Origin: Camelus ferus | Lineage: Eukaryota | Reading direction: 5' to 3' | DNA length: 64,000 nt | NCBI RefSeq assembly: GCF_009834535.1 | Contig: NC_045697.1 | Span: 82,462,001 to 82,526,000 of the forward strand | Part shown: one piece after another, positions 41,700 through 55,519 of the stretch | Layout of the letters: each line of letters opens with the position of its first letter | Numbering within the stretch: the stretch's first letter is position 1 | Program-made: the position numbers and the translations under genes | The notes under the pieces: generated by a model | Told to the model about the DNA's origin: nothing | Database searches by the model: none | Seen by the model: only the letters and a program-made list of their open reading frames with translations

Positions 41700-43050
41700 G
41701 GCACAAAAACAGACTTACAGATCAAAGGAACAGAAATAGAAAGCCCAGAAATAAACCCCCACACCTACCGTCAATTAATCTGTAACAAAGAAGACAAGAA
41801 TATACAATGAAGGAAAAAGACAGTCTCTATTCTGCAAGTGGTATTGGGAAAGCTGGACAGCCACATGTAAATCAATGAAATTAGAACACTCCCTCATACC
41901 ATACACAAAAATAAAATTCATAATGGCTTAAAGACTTAAACATAAGACAGGACGTCATAAAAGTCCTAGAAGAGAAAGCACAGGTAAAACATTCTCTGAC
42001 ATAAATTGTAGCAGTATTTTTCTTAGGTAGACCTCTCAAGGCAAAATAAAAAAGCAAAAATAAACAAATGAGACCTAATCAAACTTAAAAGCTTTTGCAC
42101 AGCAAAGGAAACCATACCTATGGAATGAGAAAAACAATCTGCAAGCAATGCAAGTGACAAGGTCTTAATTTCCAAAATATACAAGCAGCTCATACAACTC
42201 AGTAACAAAAACAACCCAATCAAAAATAGGCAGAAGACCTAAATAGACATTTCTCCAAAGAAGACATACAGATGGCCAGCAGGAACATGAAGAGATACTT
42301 AATATCACTAATTATTAGAAAAATGCAAATCAAAACTATAATGTCAGAATGACTATCATCAAAAAGTCTATAATTAAGAAATGCTGGAGAGGGTGTGGAG
42401 AAAAAGAAACACTCCTACACTGTTGGTGGAAGTGTAAACTGGTGAGGCACTACAGAAAATAGTATGGAGGTTCCTTAATAAACTAGAAATACAACTACCA
42501 TATGACCCAGCAATCCCAATCCTAGGCATATATTTGGAAAAGACAAAAGTCTCTAATTGAAAAAGATATATGCACTCCAATGTTTGTAATGGCACTATTT
42601 ACAGTAACCAAGACATGAAAGCAACCTAAGTGTCCACTGCAGATGAGAGGATAAGATGTGGTAATACACACACACACACACACACACATACACACACACA
42701 CACTAAATGGAGTGTTACTCAGCCATAAAAAAGAATGAAATAATGCCATTTGTAGCAACATAGGTGGACCTGGAGATTATCATACTAAGTGAAGTAAGTC
42801 AAAGAAAGACAAATATTGTATAATATCACTTACATGTGGACTCTAATAGTATAAATGAACTTATTTACAAAACAGAAACAGACTCATAGATACAGAAAAC
42901 AAACTTACGGTTACCAAAGGAGAAGTGGGAGGAGGAGATAAATTGGGAGTATGGGATTAACAGATGCATACTACCGTATATAAAATAGGTAAACAACAAA
43001 GAATTTACTCCATAGGACAGGGAGTTATATTCAATTTCTTGTAAAACTAT
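41700..43050 (+). mobile_element. Nested younger L1 3' portion containing a (CA)n tract
   Basis: ORF2 C-terminal and 3' UTR sequence breaks the colinearity of the host L1. Confidence 0.9.
42666..42702. repeat. (CA)n microsatellite, imperfect
   Basis: acacacacacacacacacacacatacacacacacac. Confidence 0.95.
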
Positions 43051-45160
43051 GATGGAAATATACACAGAAGTGTATTTAGAAAAATTTAAACACAACATTT
43101 CAAATGTTGGATGTCCCTGAGGAAGAACTTAGAGGAAAATTTCTGTGTGATTACATTAGAAATGAGAAAAAGTCTCAAAGATAAATGGAAGTTACTGACC
43201 AAGAGTCCAGGCAAAGAGAAGTAAAATGAGCTGGAAAAAGAGATAGGAAATAAATAATAATCATTTAAAAATAATTAAGATAAAAAATAAGTACAATATA
43301 AAAGAAAATAATAAAGAGCTTTGCGTATCATTGATCTTTCTGTAAGAAAAAAAAAGATAAACTTCCAGCAAGACTGCCAAAAAATAAAACGTAAGACACA
43401 ATTTCCAACTTCAGAGTAAAAGAGCCAAGCATTACTACATATCTTGAAGCTATTAAAAAGATAGAAGAAAAAAAGAAGAAGAGATATTATGAACTTTATA
43501 TTAAAAATAGACAACTTAGAAGGAATGGAACAATTCCTCAAACACAAATTATCTAACTTATTGAAATAGAAAAATTTGAATGGGCCTATAACCATCAAAG
43601 AAATTGAATTTGTAATTTAAAATTCCCCTCATCGAAAAATGGACATCTCCTAAGGCCAGAGTATTCAAAGACAATTTAAAGAAAAATTAACAGAAATTTT
43701 ACACAATCCCTTCCAAAATATAGAAGATAAAGGAATACACTCCTGACTCATTTCATTAGGACAATATTAACCTAAAATCAAAACCATGCAATAACAGAAC
43801 TAAAAAAGAGGAAAACTATAGAATAGTATCTTTCATGAATATAGAAACAAAATACCTTAACAAAATATAATCAAATGGAGTTCAGAAACATTAAATTGTA
43901 CACCACAGCCAAATTGGAATTATTCCTAATATGCAAAGCTGTTAGAACATTTTAAAATCAAAGTAACCTACTATGTCAACAAGCTTCAGAAAAAACTGCA
44001 TGTGATTATATCATGTGATATAGAAACATCATTCAACATCCATTAATGATAAAAATATATATAGTAAAATTAGGAATAGAAGAGAACATTCTTTACTTGA
44101 TTCAGGACATCAACAAAAACCCTACAGTTAATACTATACTTAATTCTATAATGAATGCTATTCTAGCAACATCAGGAAATGTCAGGGATGTCTGATCTTA
44201 GCTTATGCTTTTATTCAGCCAAGTGCTGGAGGGTCTAGTCAGTGAAATGGGGCAAGAAAAAGAAATAAAAGATATATAGACTGGAAAGGAAGATATAAAA
44301 CTACCGCTATTTGCAGAAGTCATGATTATCTCCATTTTGTAGAATTTACAAAAACAAAACCCTAAAAAATGAGTTCGGGAAGTTTTCAGGGTAAAGATCA
44401 AAGAACTAAAAATCACATTTTTATATACTAACAATGAACATGACAACATGAAAATTAAAATCAATACCACTTAGTTGCTTCAAAGAAAATGAAATATACA
44501 CTTAAAATATACATAAAACTCATGCTGATAACTACAGATCTGATAAATCAAATTAGACAAACATGGATTGGGAAACTTAACATAGTAAAGACATCAATCC
44601 TTCCTAAACTGATCTTTAGAGTTAATAATACTCCTATGAAAATATCACTAAGAATTTTTGCATGGCCACAGGGCCTAGAATAGCTAAGTCCATCTTGATG
44701 ACAAGAATAGAGTGGAAAAAATCTTTCACTTTAATATTAACACTATGTAGTTAAAATACGCAGAAATGTGTGGTATCGTTAAAGAAATAGACAAAGATCA
44801 ATAAAGCAATAAAAATAGAACCATGCAATGATGCTCAACTAATTTTTGATACAGATGTACAGGTAATTCAATAGAAGGATAGCCTTTTCAACTGGAGCAA
44901 TGAGATGTTCATAGGCAAAAAATAAACCTTTATGTAAATCTAAAATTTTTGAAATATTAACCGAAAATGAATAGAGTTACATGTAAATTACAAACTATAA
45001 AATTCATACAAAAAATAATCTGTGAGATCTAGGCCTACACACTGTGTCTTAGTTGACATTAAAAAGACAGTCAATAAAAAGAAAACCTGATAAATCTGAT
45101 TTCATCAAAATGATAATACTTTGCTCCATGGAAGTCCATATTTAAAGGCTGAAGAGACAC

Positions 45161-45822
45161 CCTTCAGACTAGAGAAGGTATATTTCCAAACCATGTATCT
45201 AATAAAGGACTGGTATCTAGGAAGGGGGTGGGAAGGGATAAATTTGGGAGTTTGAGATTTGCAAATAGTAACCATAATATATAAAAATGGATAAAAAACA
45301 AATTTCTGTATAGCACAGGGAACTATATTCAGTATCTTGTAATAACCTTTAACAAAAAGGACTATGAAAACAAACATATGTATGTATATGTTTGACTGGG
45401 ATATTATGCTGTACACCAGTGATTGACACATTGTAACTGACTATACTTCAATTTTAAAAAAAGAAAGAAACAAACTCAGAGAACCCCCCCTCCAATGGTA
45501 GGGGATTGGAGGGTGGGGAGAGGATAGAGGGAGTGGATGAAGATAGTCAAAAGGTAAAAATTTCCAGTTGTAAATACTAGAGGTGTATAACACTGTGAAT
45601 ATAATTAACATGGCTGTATGTTATATATGAAAATTAAGAGTGTAAATCCTGAATTCTCATTAAAAAATAGAAACACATTTTCTTGTAATGTTGTATAGAT
45701 GTTTACTAAGCTTACTGTGATAATCAGCTTATGATATATGTAAATCAAATCATGTTCTACACCTTCAACTTATAATTGACATACAGCATAATTGGCATAT
45801 CAATAAAACTGGAAGAAAAAAA
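45161..45822 (+). mobile_element. Two stacked L1 3'-end fragments (young 45161-~45465; L1MA-like ~45470-45822) inside the old L1
   Basis: Host L1 breaks at ggactggtatctag| and resumes at aatatgaaaaactctc; each fragment ends in an A-rich tail. Confidence 0.85.
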
Positions 45823-46356
45823 TATGAAAAACTCTCATAACTTATTGGGGAAAAAAACAGAAAACAATCCAATTAGAAAATAGGCTAAAGACATGAACAG
45901 GCTTTTCAGGGAAGAAGACATACAGATGGTAGATAAGCCTATGAGAAGATGTTCTACATCGTAGCCTCAGAAAAACCCAAGTGAAAACTACAATGAGCTA
46001 TCACCATACATCTATCATGATGGTTAAAATAGTGACAACATCAAAGCTGGCAAAACAACAAACTCAATCACTCTGCTGGGAGAGTGGAAAATGAGACAGC
46101 CACTCTGGAAAACAGGTTGGCAGTTTCTTTTTAAAAAAACGAAAACAAAGAACCCTAAACACAGCAATACTTCAAAATCCAGCAATTGCTCTTCTGGGCA
46201 TTTATTCCAGAGAAATGAAAGTGGAATATATTCACACAAACACCTGTATAGAGATGTTTATAGCAGCTTCATTAGTGATAGCCATAACCTTGAAAAAACC
46301 ATATACCATGCATTATTTGAATGGTTAAGCAAACTAGGATGCATAAATACCAAAGG

Positions 46357-46410
46357 ACACTGCTCTGCAATAGAAAGAACAAAACACTGCTCTGCAATAG
46401 AAAGAACAAA
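46357..46410. repeat. Perfect 27-bp tandem duplication
   Basis: ACACTGCTCTGCAATAGAAAGAACAAA x2. Confidence 0.95.
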
Positions 46411-46804
46411 CTATTGATACACACAATAACCTGCTTGAGTCTCCAGGGAAATATGATGATTAAAAAACTATCTCAAAAAGTCATATAATACTATTAGATT
46501 CCACTTATAGATCATTCTTGAAACAACAAACTTTTCAATAGAAAACAAATTAGTGGCTTCCAGGAGTTTAGCAGGGGCTGGAGCAGGAAGGAAGTGGGTG
46601 TGACTATAAAAGAACAACATGAGGGGTACTGGTGGTGATGGGATATTCTGTATCCTGACATTGACATCGTCCAGCTTGTGATATTGCAATATAGTTTTGT
46701 AATACATGACCATTGAGAATAACTGGGTAAAAGATACATATGATCTCACTATTATTTCTTACAGCTTCATGTGGATATACAATTATTTCAAAGAAATTAA
46801 TTAT

Positions 46805-46940
46805 AAATTAAACTCAAAGTTCACTTCTTCAGTCACAGTATCTACATTTCAAGTGCCCAATAGCCACATGTGGCTACTATTAGCTACCATAATTCATAGT
46901 GTAAAATGCTTCTATCATCATGAAAAATTCTATTGGAAAG
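46805..46940. mobile_element. hAT-Charlie MITE fragment (MER3/MER33-like)
   Basis: ttcagtcacagtatctacatttcaagtgcccaatagccacatgtggcta...aattctattgga. Confidence 0.8.
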
Positions 46941-48016
46941 AAAGAGTCAGACTATTGAATAGGTATATTTCTAGATTATAATAAAAACTTTTTAAACTTG
47001 TATTTTAGTCAATGGAAGATTCCAGTTAACGGAAATGTTGTCATACTGCTTAAGTGAAAAATTTTAAAACTAAATTCTCTTCATTTCAATCTAGAACATA
47101 TGACTTCTGAACCCTCACAGGAATTGTCTATTATATTAAATTTATTTTCTCAGCTTTTGCTTTACCAGGCATATACTTTTCAATCTATTAACCAATTAAG
47201 CAAATTGGACAGTTAACATTTTCCAAAACACCTACTCAAAATCCTAATTATTTAATAAATAAAAACAAACTTTCTAAGCAATGGGAAAATATGTATTACT
47301 TACGTGGATAAAGAAACATTTACCATACTCTCATACATCAATTATCTTATGTAGTTTTAATATTCAGGTGTGTAAGTTAACTAAAGCAAACATTATAATT
47401 TATATAAAAATAGTGAAAACTCTTAAATTTCAGACACATCAAGTGAGATATCCAAACTAACTGATCAAATAATAAAAGGCAATACTTCCTTCGACTAAAA
47501 ATGAAAATCAAAGTCTAAATACTTCAAATAGTTTTTAGAAATATCAGGAATTTTTAAAGAAAATTAAAATAAAAATTAGGAACATAGAGGTATCTCTAAA
47601 AATAAGTGATGAGTTAGTTACAAGAAAAAAATCAATCTCTATTATTTTGAAAATTTTAATACCAATTTTCCAAATTGCTTTATACTCCCAGTTAACTTAG
47701 TGTGAATCTAGGCTGAATAGTTTTCACCCTTAATTATATTTTGAAAGTTCATAGTGAAACACTAAGGTTTCAGAGATTTTTTTTAAAAAGAAAATATCTT
47801 ACACATAATTCCTACTTTGTCCATGGATATCACCTCAATATACCTTTTCTCTCAATTTATAATTTCTGCTATTTAATTTTTAATTTAAACCTGTCTTTGT
47901 CTTTAGGTGCAGCTCTTTAGTCATGTAGCTGGTAAAGTCAATTTCATGATGCTGTTCTCACCTTTACTTGGGCACGTGTTGCCCAGGAGATGGACATTAA
48001 CATTAAAATGAAGTAA

Positions 48017-49148
48017 ACGCAAGAATAAACAAATGGGACCTAATGAAACTTACAAGCTTCTGCACAGCAAAGGAAATCATAGTAAAACAAAAAGACAACC
48101 TACAGAATGGGAAAAAAATTTTGCAAATGAAACTGACAAAGGCTGGATCTCCAGAATATATAAGCAGCTCATACAACTCAATAAGAAAAAAATAAACAAT
48201 CCAATCCAAAAATGGGCAGAAGACCTAAACAAGCAATTCTCCAAGGAAGAAATACAAATGATCAAAAAGCACATGAAAAACATGCTCAATATCACTAATT
48301 ATCAGAGAAATGCAAATCAAAACTACAATGAGGTATCACCTCACACCAGTCAGAATGGCCATCATTCAAAAATCCACAAATGACAAATGCTGGCAAGGCT
48401 GTGGAGAAAAGGGAACCCTCCTTCACTGATGGTGGGAATGTAGTTTGGTGCAGCCCCTGTGGAAAACAGTATGGAGATTCCTTAAAAGACTAGGAATAGA
48501 CTTATCATATGAGCCAGGAATCCCGCTCCTGGGCATATATCCAGAAGGAACCCTACTTCAGGATGACACCTGCACCCCAATGTTCATAGCAGCACTATTT
48601 ACAATAGCCAAGACATGAAAACAGCCTAAATGTCCATCAACAGATGACTGGATAAAGAAGAGGTGGTATATTTATACAATGGAATACTACTCAGCCATAA
48701 AAACCGACAACATAACGCCATTTACAGCAACATGGATGTTCCTGGAGAATGTCATTCTAAGTGAAGTAAGCCAGAAAGAGAAAGAAAAATACCATATGAG
48801 ATCGCTCATAAGTGGAATCTAAAAAAGAAAAAACAAACAAAGCATAAATACAAAACAGAAATAGACTCAGAGACATAGAATACAAACGTGGTTGCCAAGG
48901 GGGCGGGCGGTGGGAAGAGATAGACTGGGATTTCAAAATTGTAGAATAGATAAACGAGATTATACTGTATAGCACAGGGAAATATACACAAGATCTTATG
49001 TTAGCTCACAGAGAAAAAATTGTGACAATGAATATATATATATGTTCATGTATAACTGAAAAATTGTGCTCTACACTGGAATTTGACACAACATTGTAAA
49101 ATGATTACAAATTAATAAAAAATGTTAAAAAAATAAAATGAAATAAAA
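48017..49148 (+). mobile_element. Young 5'-truncated L1 with 13-bp TSD TAAAATGAAGTAA (48004-48016 / 49149-49161)
   Basis: ORF2 C-terminus ([29 protein letters not shown]...), 3' UTR, A-rich tail, TT/AAAA endonuclease site, identical TSDs. Confidence 0.97.
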
Positions 49149-49679
49149 TAAAATGAAGTAAGAGGAAGGAAATGTTATCCTGTGGGGTTAGATTCACCAC
49201 AATGTTAGGATTGCTTTCAGGGAATACTTACAATCAGGAAAAAACAATATTTTACTTTCATAAAAATGTCTAAAATATTTAATGTAAAGTTATAGAAAGT
49301 TTTATTGAAGAAGATTAAACTCTAGATGAAATTTCACTGATTGAAAAAATGTTCAGCAGCTTCCTGTTACAATTAAGAGACAAGTAAATTACAGGTTGGC
49401 TATACTTACCCTAGAACTAGAAAAAAAAATCTCAAAAGAATAAATCAGACATTTTAGTTTCCTCAGGAAATATTAAAAAGATTTCAAATAATATGCTTCA
49501 TTTTAGTGTCTCCTGTAGTCCAACAGAATATTTATGTATTTTGAAGTATTTTTGTTTTTTAAAGAACAGATGTATGACAAAATATACAGAAAATAATTTT
49601 AAAGAAAGTGTAGCCTATTTAAAATATTTTAAATTTATCTTACCTTTTAATGAACATACATTTACATTTAAGCTAGTAT

Positions 49680-50260
49680 AAGTTACATGTAGCAGAAAAC
49701 AACCCTGGCTCATACAACGAAGAGGATAAATTGGCATATTTAACTGAGAAAGTCTACATATTAAAGACATGGCCTGCCATGTTCAGTCAGTCTAGGCTTC
49801 AGCTCCTTTTTATGCAAATCTCTCAGCTCTGCCCCTCAACTCTGCCTTGCAGTTTCAGTCTTAGTCTGGCAGAAGATGTTTGCAGCTTTCCATATAAATA
49901 TATGACATTATGGAAAGAAAATGCTACCTCTTGCAGCAACAATCTCTTAATACCAAATAAATGAAGAATCCAAGATCTCCCTAGAATACCTCTCATCTCT
50001 CTTGGCCTGGACTGGGCACAAAACTATTTTGAAACAGTTCCTTATTCAGTATGATGCCATGCTCCAGTTCTCTTAATTCTGGGTCCCATGAATAAATCAC
50101 TAGCAAAGGGATGGGCTTACCCTTAAGACTTAGGTCTTTCTCTGGATAAGGAGAAGAAACCTGCTTTTTAGAAGGATGTGCAGAGTACACAACAATGAAA
50201 ATTGGGGAACCATTATTAAGGTAAGAAGTGGTTACTTCAGGGACAACCAAAAATGCCTAT
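49680..50260 (-). mobile_element. Old MaLR LTR (MLT1J/K-like)
   Basis: agttacatgtagcagaaaacaaccctggct...taactgagaaagtct...ttggcctggactgggcac. Confidence 0.55.
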
Positions 50261-50599
50261 TATAATTTCAAAAGTTAAATCATTTATCAATGATATCAGA
50301 ATATTTTTTTGAAAAATATAATTTTGACTTTGAGTTATCCCTGTAGATTTAGTTAGGTTACAATACTTCAGCGAGTATTAATGTAATAAATACTGTATGT
50401 ATAACCATTTAATGAATATAAATAGAACAAATATAATTTTAATTTAGAAAATATCACACGTATTATCTTCAAAGTAGCATAGTTCCACATTAGGAAATAT
50501 ATTGGGTTTGAATGTTGGAACCAGTAAACCTAAATGCTTGTCCAAGATCTGAAACTAAGTAGCTTTTTCTCCTCTCCCTCCTCTTTATTATTATTTTTA

Positions 50600-50880
50600 A
50601 TCCAAACCCCTTGAGCTGGCCCAAAATGATCTAGCTCCCCACCTACCTCTCAGTGCCCGCTGTACCACTCTCCAGGCAAGTCTGTTCCTGCCACCTCATT
50701 TCTACTTCAGGTCCTTTGCCCTGGCTAGTGTCTGTACTGAGTAATCTTCCCCCAGGCTCCCTGTGGCTGTCTCCTCCTCATCTGACACTCAGGCTGATTT
50801 ATGCTCACTTGGCCTCCTATGTAAAGGAGCACTCCACAAGTTTGAGATTACTTCCTTCTTCTATCCTATTACATCTTTAA
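50600..50880 (+). mobile_element. L2 fragment
   Basis: atgatctagctcccc...ctacttcaggtcctttgccctggct...tctgtactgagtaatcttcccc. Confidence 0.6.
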
Positions 50881-53800
50881 ATTGTCATGTCAGAATTCCT
50901 ATTCAGTAAATAAGGGTGCTAGACTCCAACTTCAAAGTAATACAATCAAGAAGTCTTATTCTTTTGAACATTCTGAAACCAACTGCAAACAAGAATGGGA
51001 AAATAAAATTCCATACCTAATAACATTACTTACATGTAATATAGAAACTACAATATATATATATATACAGAAAGACTGCTAACTACGTGGCAATTTGGCT
51101 AAGTTAAGGAAAGGGAGTAAATGCTGATTGCTGTTGATCTTGGGCAAGTTAGCAGAAGCATTCATTTTACAGAATAGATTGCATACTCAGGGACAAAATT
51201 AAAGATTCCTTATTTGGTATAATACAAGCTGGCTACAGAAGTTTCCCTGAAATTATTTGCCACTGCACAATGACAGTGAACATAGTGATAAAGAAGATAC
51301 ACGTACATATACATGGCAAAGTCACCGTAGATATGGTGCTCAGTGAAGCCATATGTACACTCAATTTCTTTGCAAGTCATAAGTATACTCATTTTTTTGT
51401 AAGTCATATATTCACTTATTTTCTTTGCTTTTGGTATCAATAGGAAAGAAAAAAAAAAAAACAAGACAAACAGCATTATAGTAACTACTCAATCAGTTAA
51501 AGACAAGTAAACACACACTTTCAGGTAGATTTCGTACCGACAGGAAAGATATCTATACCTAAAGTCAGAATGGTGATGAGAGATTTTTCCACAGATAAAT
51601 CAACTCTATTTTCAAAGCACACTAAATAATTTCAAGAAAATTCACTAATCAGTGGCTGGGAAACAACCACAAAAGGAAAAGGTGAATTCTGAATTAAAAG
51701 TAGAATATAACAAGAAAGGATCTTATTTTACTGCTTCTGTTTTATGAAATACTATATACCAAATAATAAAACATTAACTATGTAAACCCAAAATTGTTCA
51801 TAATATAAATATTAATTCACAGCAGTAACAAAATTAGAGTATATTAGTGGCAAATTGTATATGCAAAGATATGGTCTATCATCAGAATCCAAATAAAAAT
51901 ATTAATTAAACAGCAATACTTCATATCAGGTACTACTCTATTATATACACAATTTAATTTCCAGACCCACCATCTCTACTATTTTATTCACATATTTCAT
52001 ATACATGATATATACTATACATATAGTGTGGTATATATGCACATATATGCATGCTTATACATGCATATTTATACATGTATGTACATGATGAACTTATGAG
52101 GCTACAAGTGATGCATAAATGAATCCTCAAAATAAAAATTTTTAAGGAGGTATTTTAAGTCACATAATAATATTAAAAATTAATAATATATTAACTAGAA
52201 ATGTTAACTATTTGAAAGCAGTGAGATGTTCGTGAATAACTAAGTCCATATCAAATCAAAATGGCAATGCTGTAATATTTGAAAATGATAGTGAGAAGTC
52301 AACTTATTGACATGAAATTAGAAAAAGAAAAAGAAAACCTTTGGGAAACTATTAGAAGGATCCAATAGATAGTAGTAAACAAGACTGAATTATGAAAAGA
52401 ACACTGTGGAGAATTATAATCTCAAGTAGTTTAAACATACTATAGTTTATAAATGTACCAAATGAAAACTGACACAATTGCAAATCTGAAAAGGCTAAAC
52501 AAATCATGAAAATTATAAAATTACATGTCAAATATTTGAAAATCTAGAAGTGGTAATTCCCTAAGAAAATCCAAAGGTTTATATTGACACCAAAAATGTA
52601 AATTTTGGACTAAAAAATACCCAAGTATTTCCCAAATTATCCAGATCATACGAATCTTCTGACATATACATTATAAATCTCATGGAGATTCTGACCCAAT
52701 TAGGAAAATGGGAATTTGGAATCAGCATTTTCAACAAGCTGGTGAATATTCTGTTCAAGAATGTTAGTGAATCTTGCCTAAATAAAGTTCCCAGGCCTAG
52801 AGCCCATTGCAGATGAATTGTACATTTTCTGTAACTATATAGCTCAGAGGCTGAGAAAGGAAAACATTCACTACTTTGTGAAACTACCATAAATCTCTTG
52901 TCAAAATATGTCATGCATGCCATGCAAAGAAAATATAAAGCAAACTAGAAAACACAAAGGTTTACTGACTTTTATTAGTTGCTTATGCCTGAGTAAAAAA
53001 ATCTTCTGACACTTAAGTTCAGAATAATTAGAATACATTGCTTAATGTAAGACTGACCTCAAAAATGAAAACCAAAGAAAGAAGAGAAATGGATTAATAA
53101 AATCAGAAAATAATACCTAGAAACCATTCTTTAAACAAGATGGTCTCTTGCTGCAGTAGCTGGAGTTTGCATTTCCTAAGGAAATCTGGGGAAAGGATTA
53201 CATACTACATCAGCATATAAGGCCTGGCGGCTTCAGTGAGAGGCCTTACTATCAATAAGGGAGGATATTAAAGTAAAGACAGATTAAGCCAGTTTTCATA
53301 TTATTTTTGAAATACATGTAAAGCATTAAAGGTTCATATCTGGAGCATAGTACATCTGTGCATTTTCTTTAATTAGAAAATGTACTTATTTCAGTTTTCA
53401 CAGTACAGAGAAGCAGATGTAATGGGAATAATTTTAAAAGATTTAGCATCTATTGTGGAGGAAATATAAGTCCTTTATGACTTTAGGAAAATTTTTATTA
53501 ATATTGATCTAATTTTTAAAAATCGATGTCAAATGGATCATTATTGTGGCACTATAGGCCCTCAAGATAAAAAAAAAACAAAAAAACTTTTTTTCTGTAT
53601 TGGTTACATAAACATATACACAAATAAAACCAGCAAATACCATGACTCGCCTAACTGGTTATGGTGACAGTTCTCACCTGCTTTTTAAAACAATTTAGTT
53701 AATTTCTTTCTGGTATCAGGACACATTTTCACCTCATCTTCCTTTCCTGAGAAGGACATGTAGGCCTGAATATCTGTTTGTCCACCTAATCCTAATCACC

Positions 53801-55519
53801 TTCTTAGATTCAGACATCAGCACATGTAGATGAAGCCATGTGATATTTATGATTTAGGTGTGTATCTGCTATAAATGGATGTTAGTGCTTTTAGATAAAT
53901 AAGCCATAACTTGGATAAAAACAAACCAACATATATTCAGACTTCATTGAAGGAGGACTGTTACTGGTGGTGTTTTTGAAAATTGTACCATCCAATAAGG
54001 ATGCAGTTTTAGGTACATGCCTCCAAAACTACATTACTTAGAATACTTTCATGTACCACATGTGCGTGCACACACACGTTTAGCAGATCTTTACAAATAA
54101 GAGATGAAAGTGAGAATATTAGACATGACTTGGATATTTACATAATTTCTCTAGGATAGAAAGCATATTGTCTGTATTCTTACTTTTGTAGACTAGTTTG
54201 CTAACTCAATGATTTTGTAGCTATCAAAAGAAATATTTGAGAAGGGGGTAATATTTATGGGAATTCATCTATTATCTAGCCATATGTCAGAGATTTATTC
54301 ATTTATATATACTATAGCAAACATATTTATCATTCGTTACTTTTGCTTATTATTTCCATTGTCAGTTTGGGACTCTGGGTTGGCTGAAGAAAATTACTTA
54401 AAAGAGAATGTTGTTTATGAAGTTCCAGCTATATACATTATTCTCTAAAAAGGATTACTTTAATCATGATATAATTATGTTCAGTTATTCCAAGCTGTTA
54501 AAGCATAATTTTTTTCATAATAAATAGCTTGAGTAATTTGAATATACCCTTATTACATAGAAGCCTAAATCGTCATATAAAAAAAATACTGAAACAGTGC
54601 TATCTTATACAAAACAGAATATACATCTTACATTTAAATCATGATTATAATTCATGTTGTAACCACTCTTAAAATTTATCTAAGGATATAAAAAGTAAAA
54701 ACAATTTCGGCCTTTGGGATTTTAAGAGTACTGTTTTAAAACTTCTTGTGTTGTAAATCTTCCTCGGGATATATTCTTTGTCTAATTAGAAGAGCTCAGT
54801 TTAGCAAGTGAAAATGTCCTTATTAACCTTCAAAACGTATTATGTAAACACTGATAACAAAAATAGCATTCTGTCAGTGTTGTTTTAAGAATAGCATGTT
54901 ATAGTTTTATACATTACAAAATAATGTTAAGTAGAGTTTATTAACATTCCTTCCCAATTGTTTATTTTGACAAGATTGTCACAATTGTCCTGTCACCTGC
55001 TCACCTGCTGTTCAAGACAAGTCTCTGACACTAATTCATAATTACTTGGGAAAAATCAGCATTTGACCTTTAGCAGCCAAGCTCAACTAGACGTATAAAG
55101 GCTACATTTTTTCTAGCTTTAGGTAAGCACGATCTGATAAAAAATTAGATTATATACAGAAAGCATAAATGCATACTTACACTGGAGACAAAATTCCTAA
55201 AGCAGATGTGTCAAGTAAACTTCCAGATTTAGGCAATTTATAGAGTATGACAGTTTATTTATAAATGGACTGTGACAGTTAATTTGACATGAGATTTTTA
55301 AGCTGCCACTTGCAAGTTACACATACAATTGCTACTTCAAAACTCCATCCCCCATTGTCACCTTCTTTTGAATAGTACACTATATCATATTGCTGATTTT
55401 TATTTCTAGTTCTTCTCATTCTAAGTTAAATGTTTTCTTCTTTTAAACATGAAATTCATATTTTTAAACTGCTGCCTCTGTGTAGACAAATATATAAACT
55501 CATAACTATTTATTAAAAT

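Larger units (their letters stand above)
40850..46800 (+). mobile_element. Old L1 (L1MC-like) ORF2 plus 3' UTR hosting nested younger L1 insertions
   Basis: Decayed endonuclease/RT sequence (e.g. WIGKLNIVKTSILPKLIFRVN) and an L1MC-type 3' end at 46600-46800. Confidence 0.9.

Noticed and set aside
51210..51476. 88-aa His/Cys/Tyr-rich ORF
   Set aside because: It begins in a poly(T) run, has no zinc-finger spacing and is not recognised.
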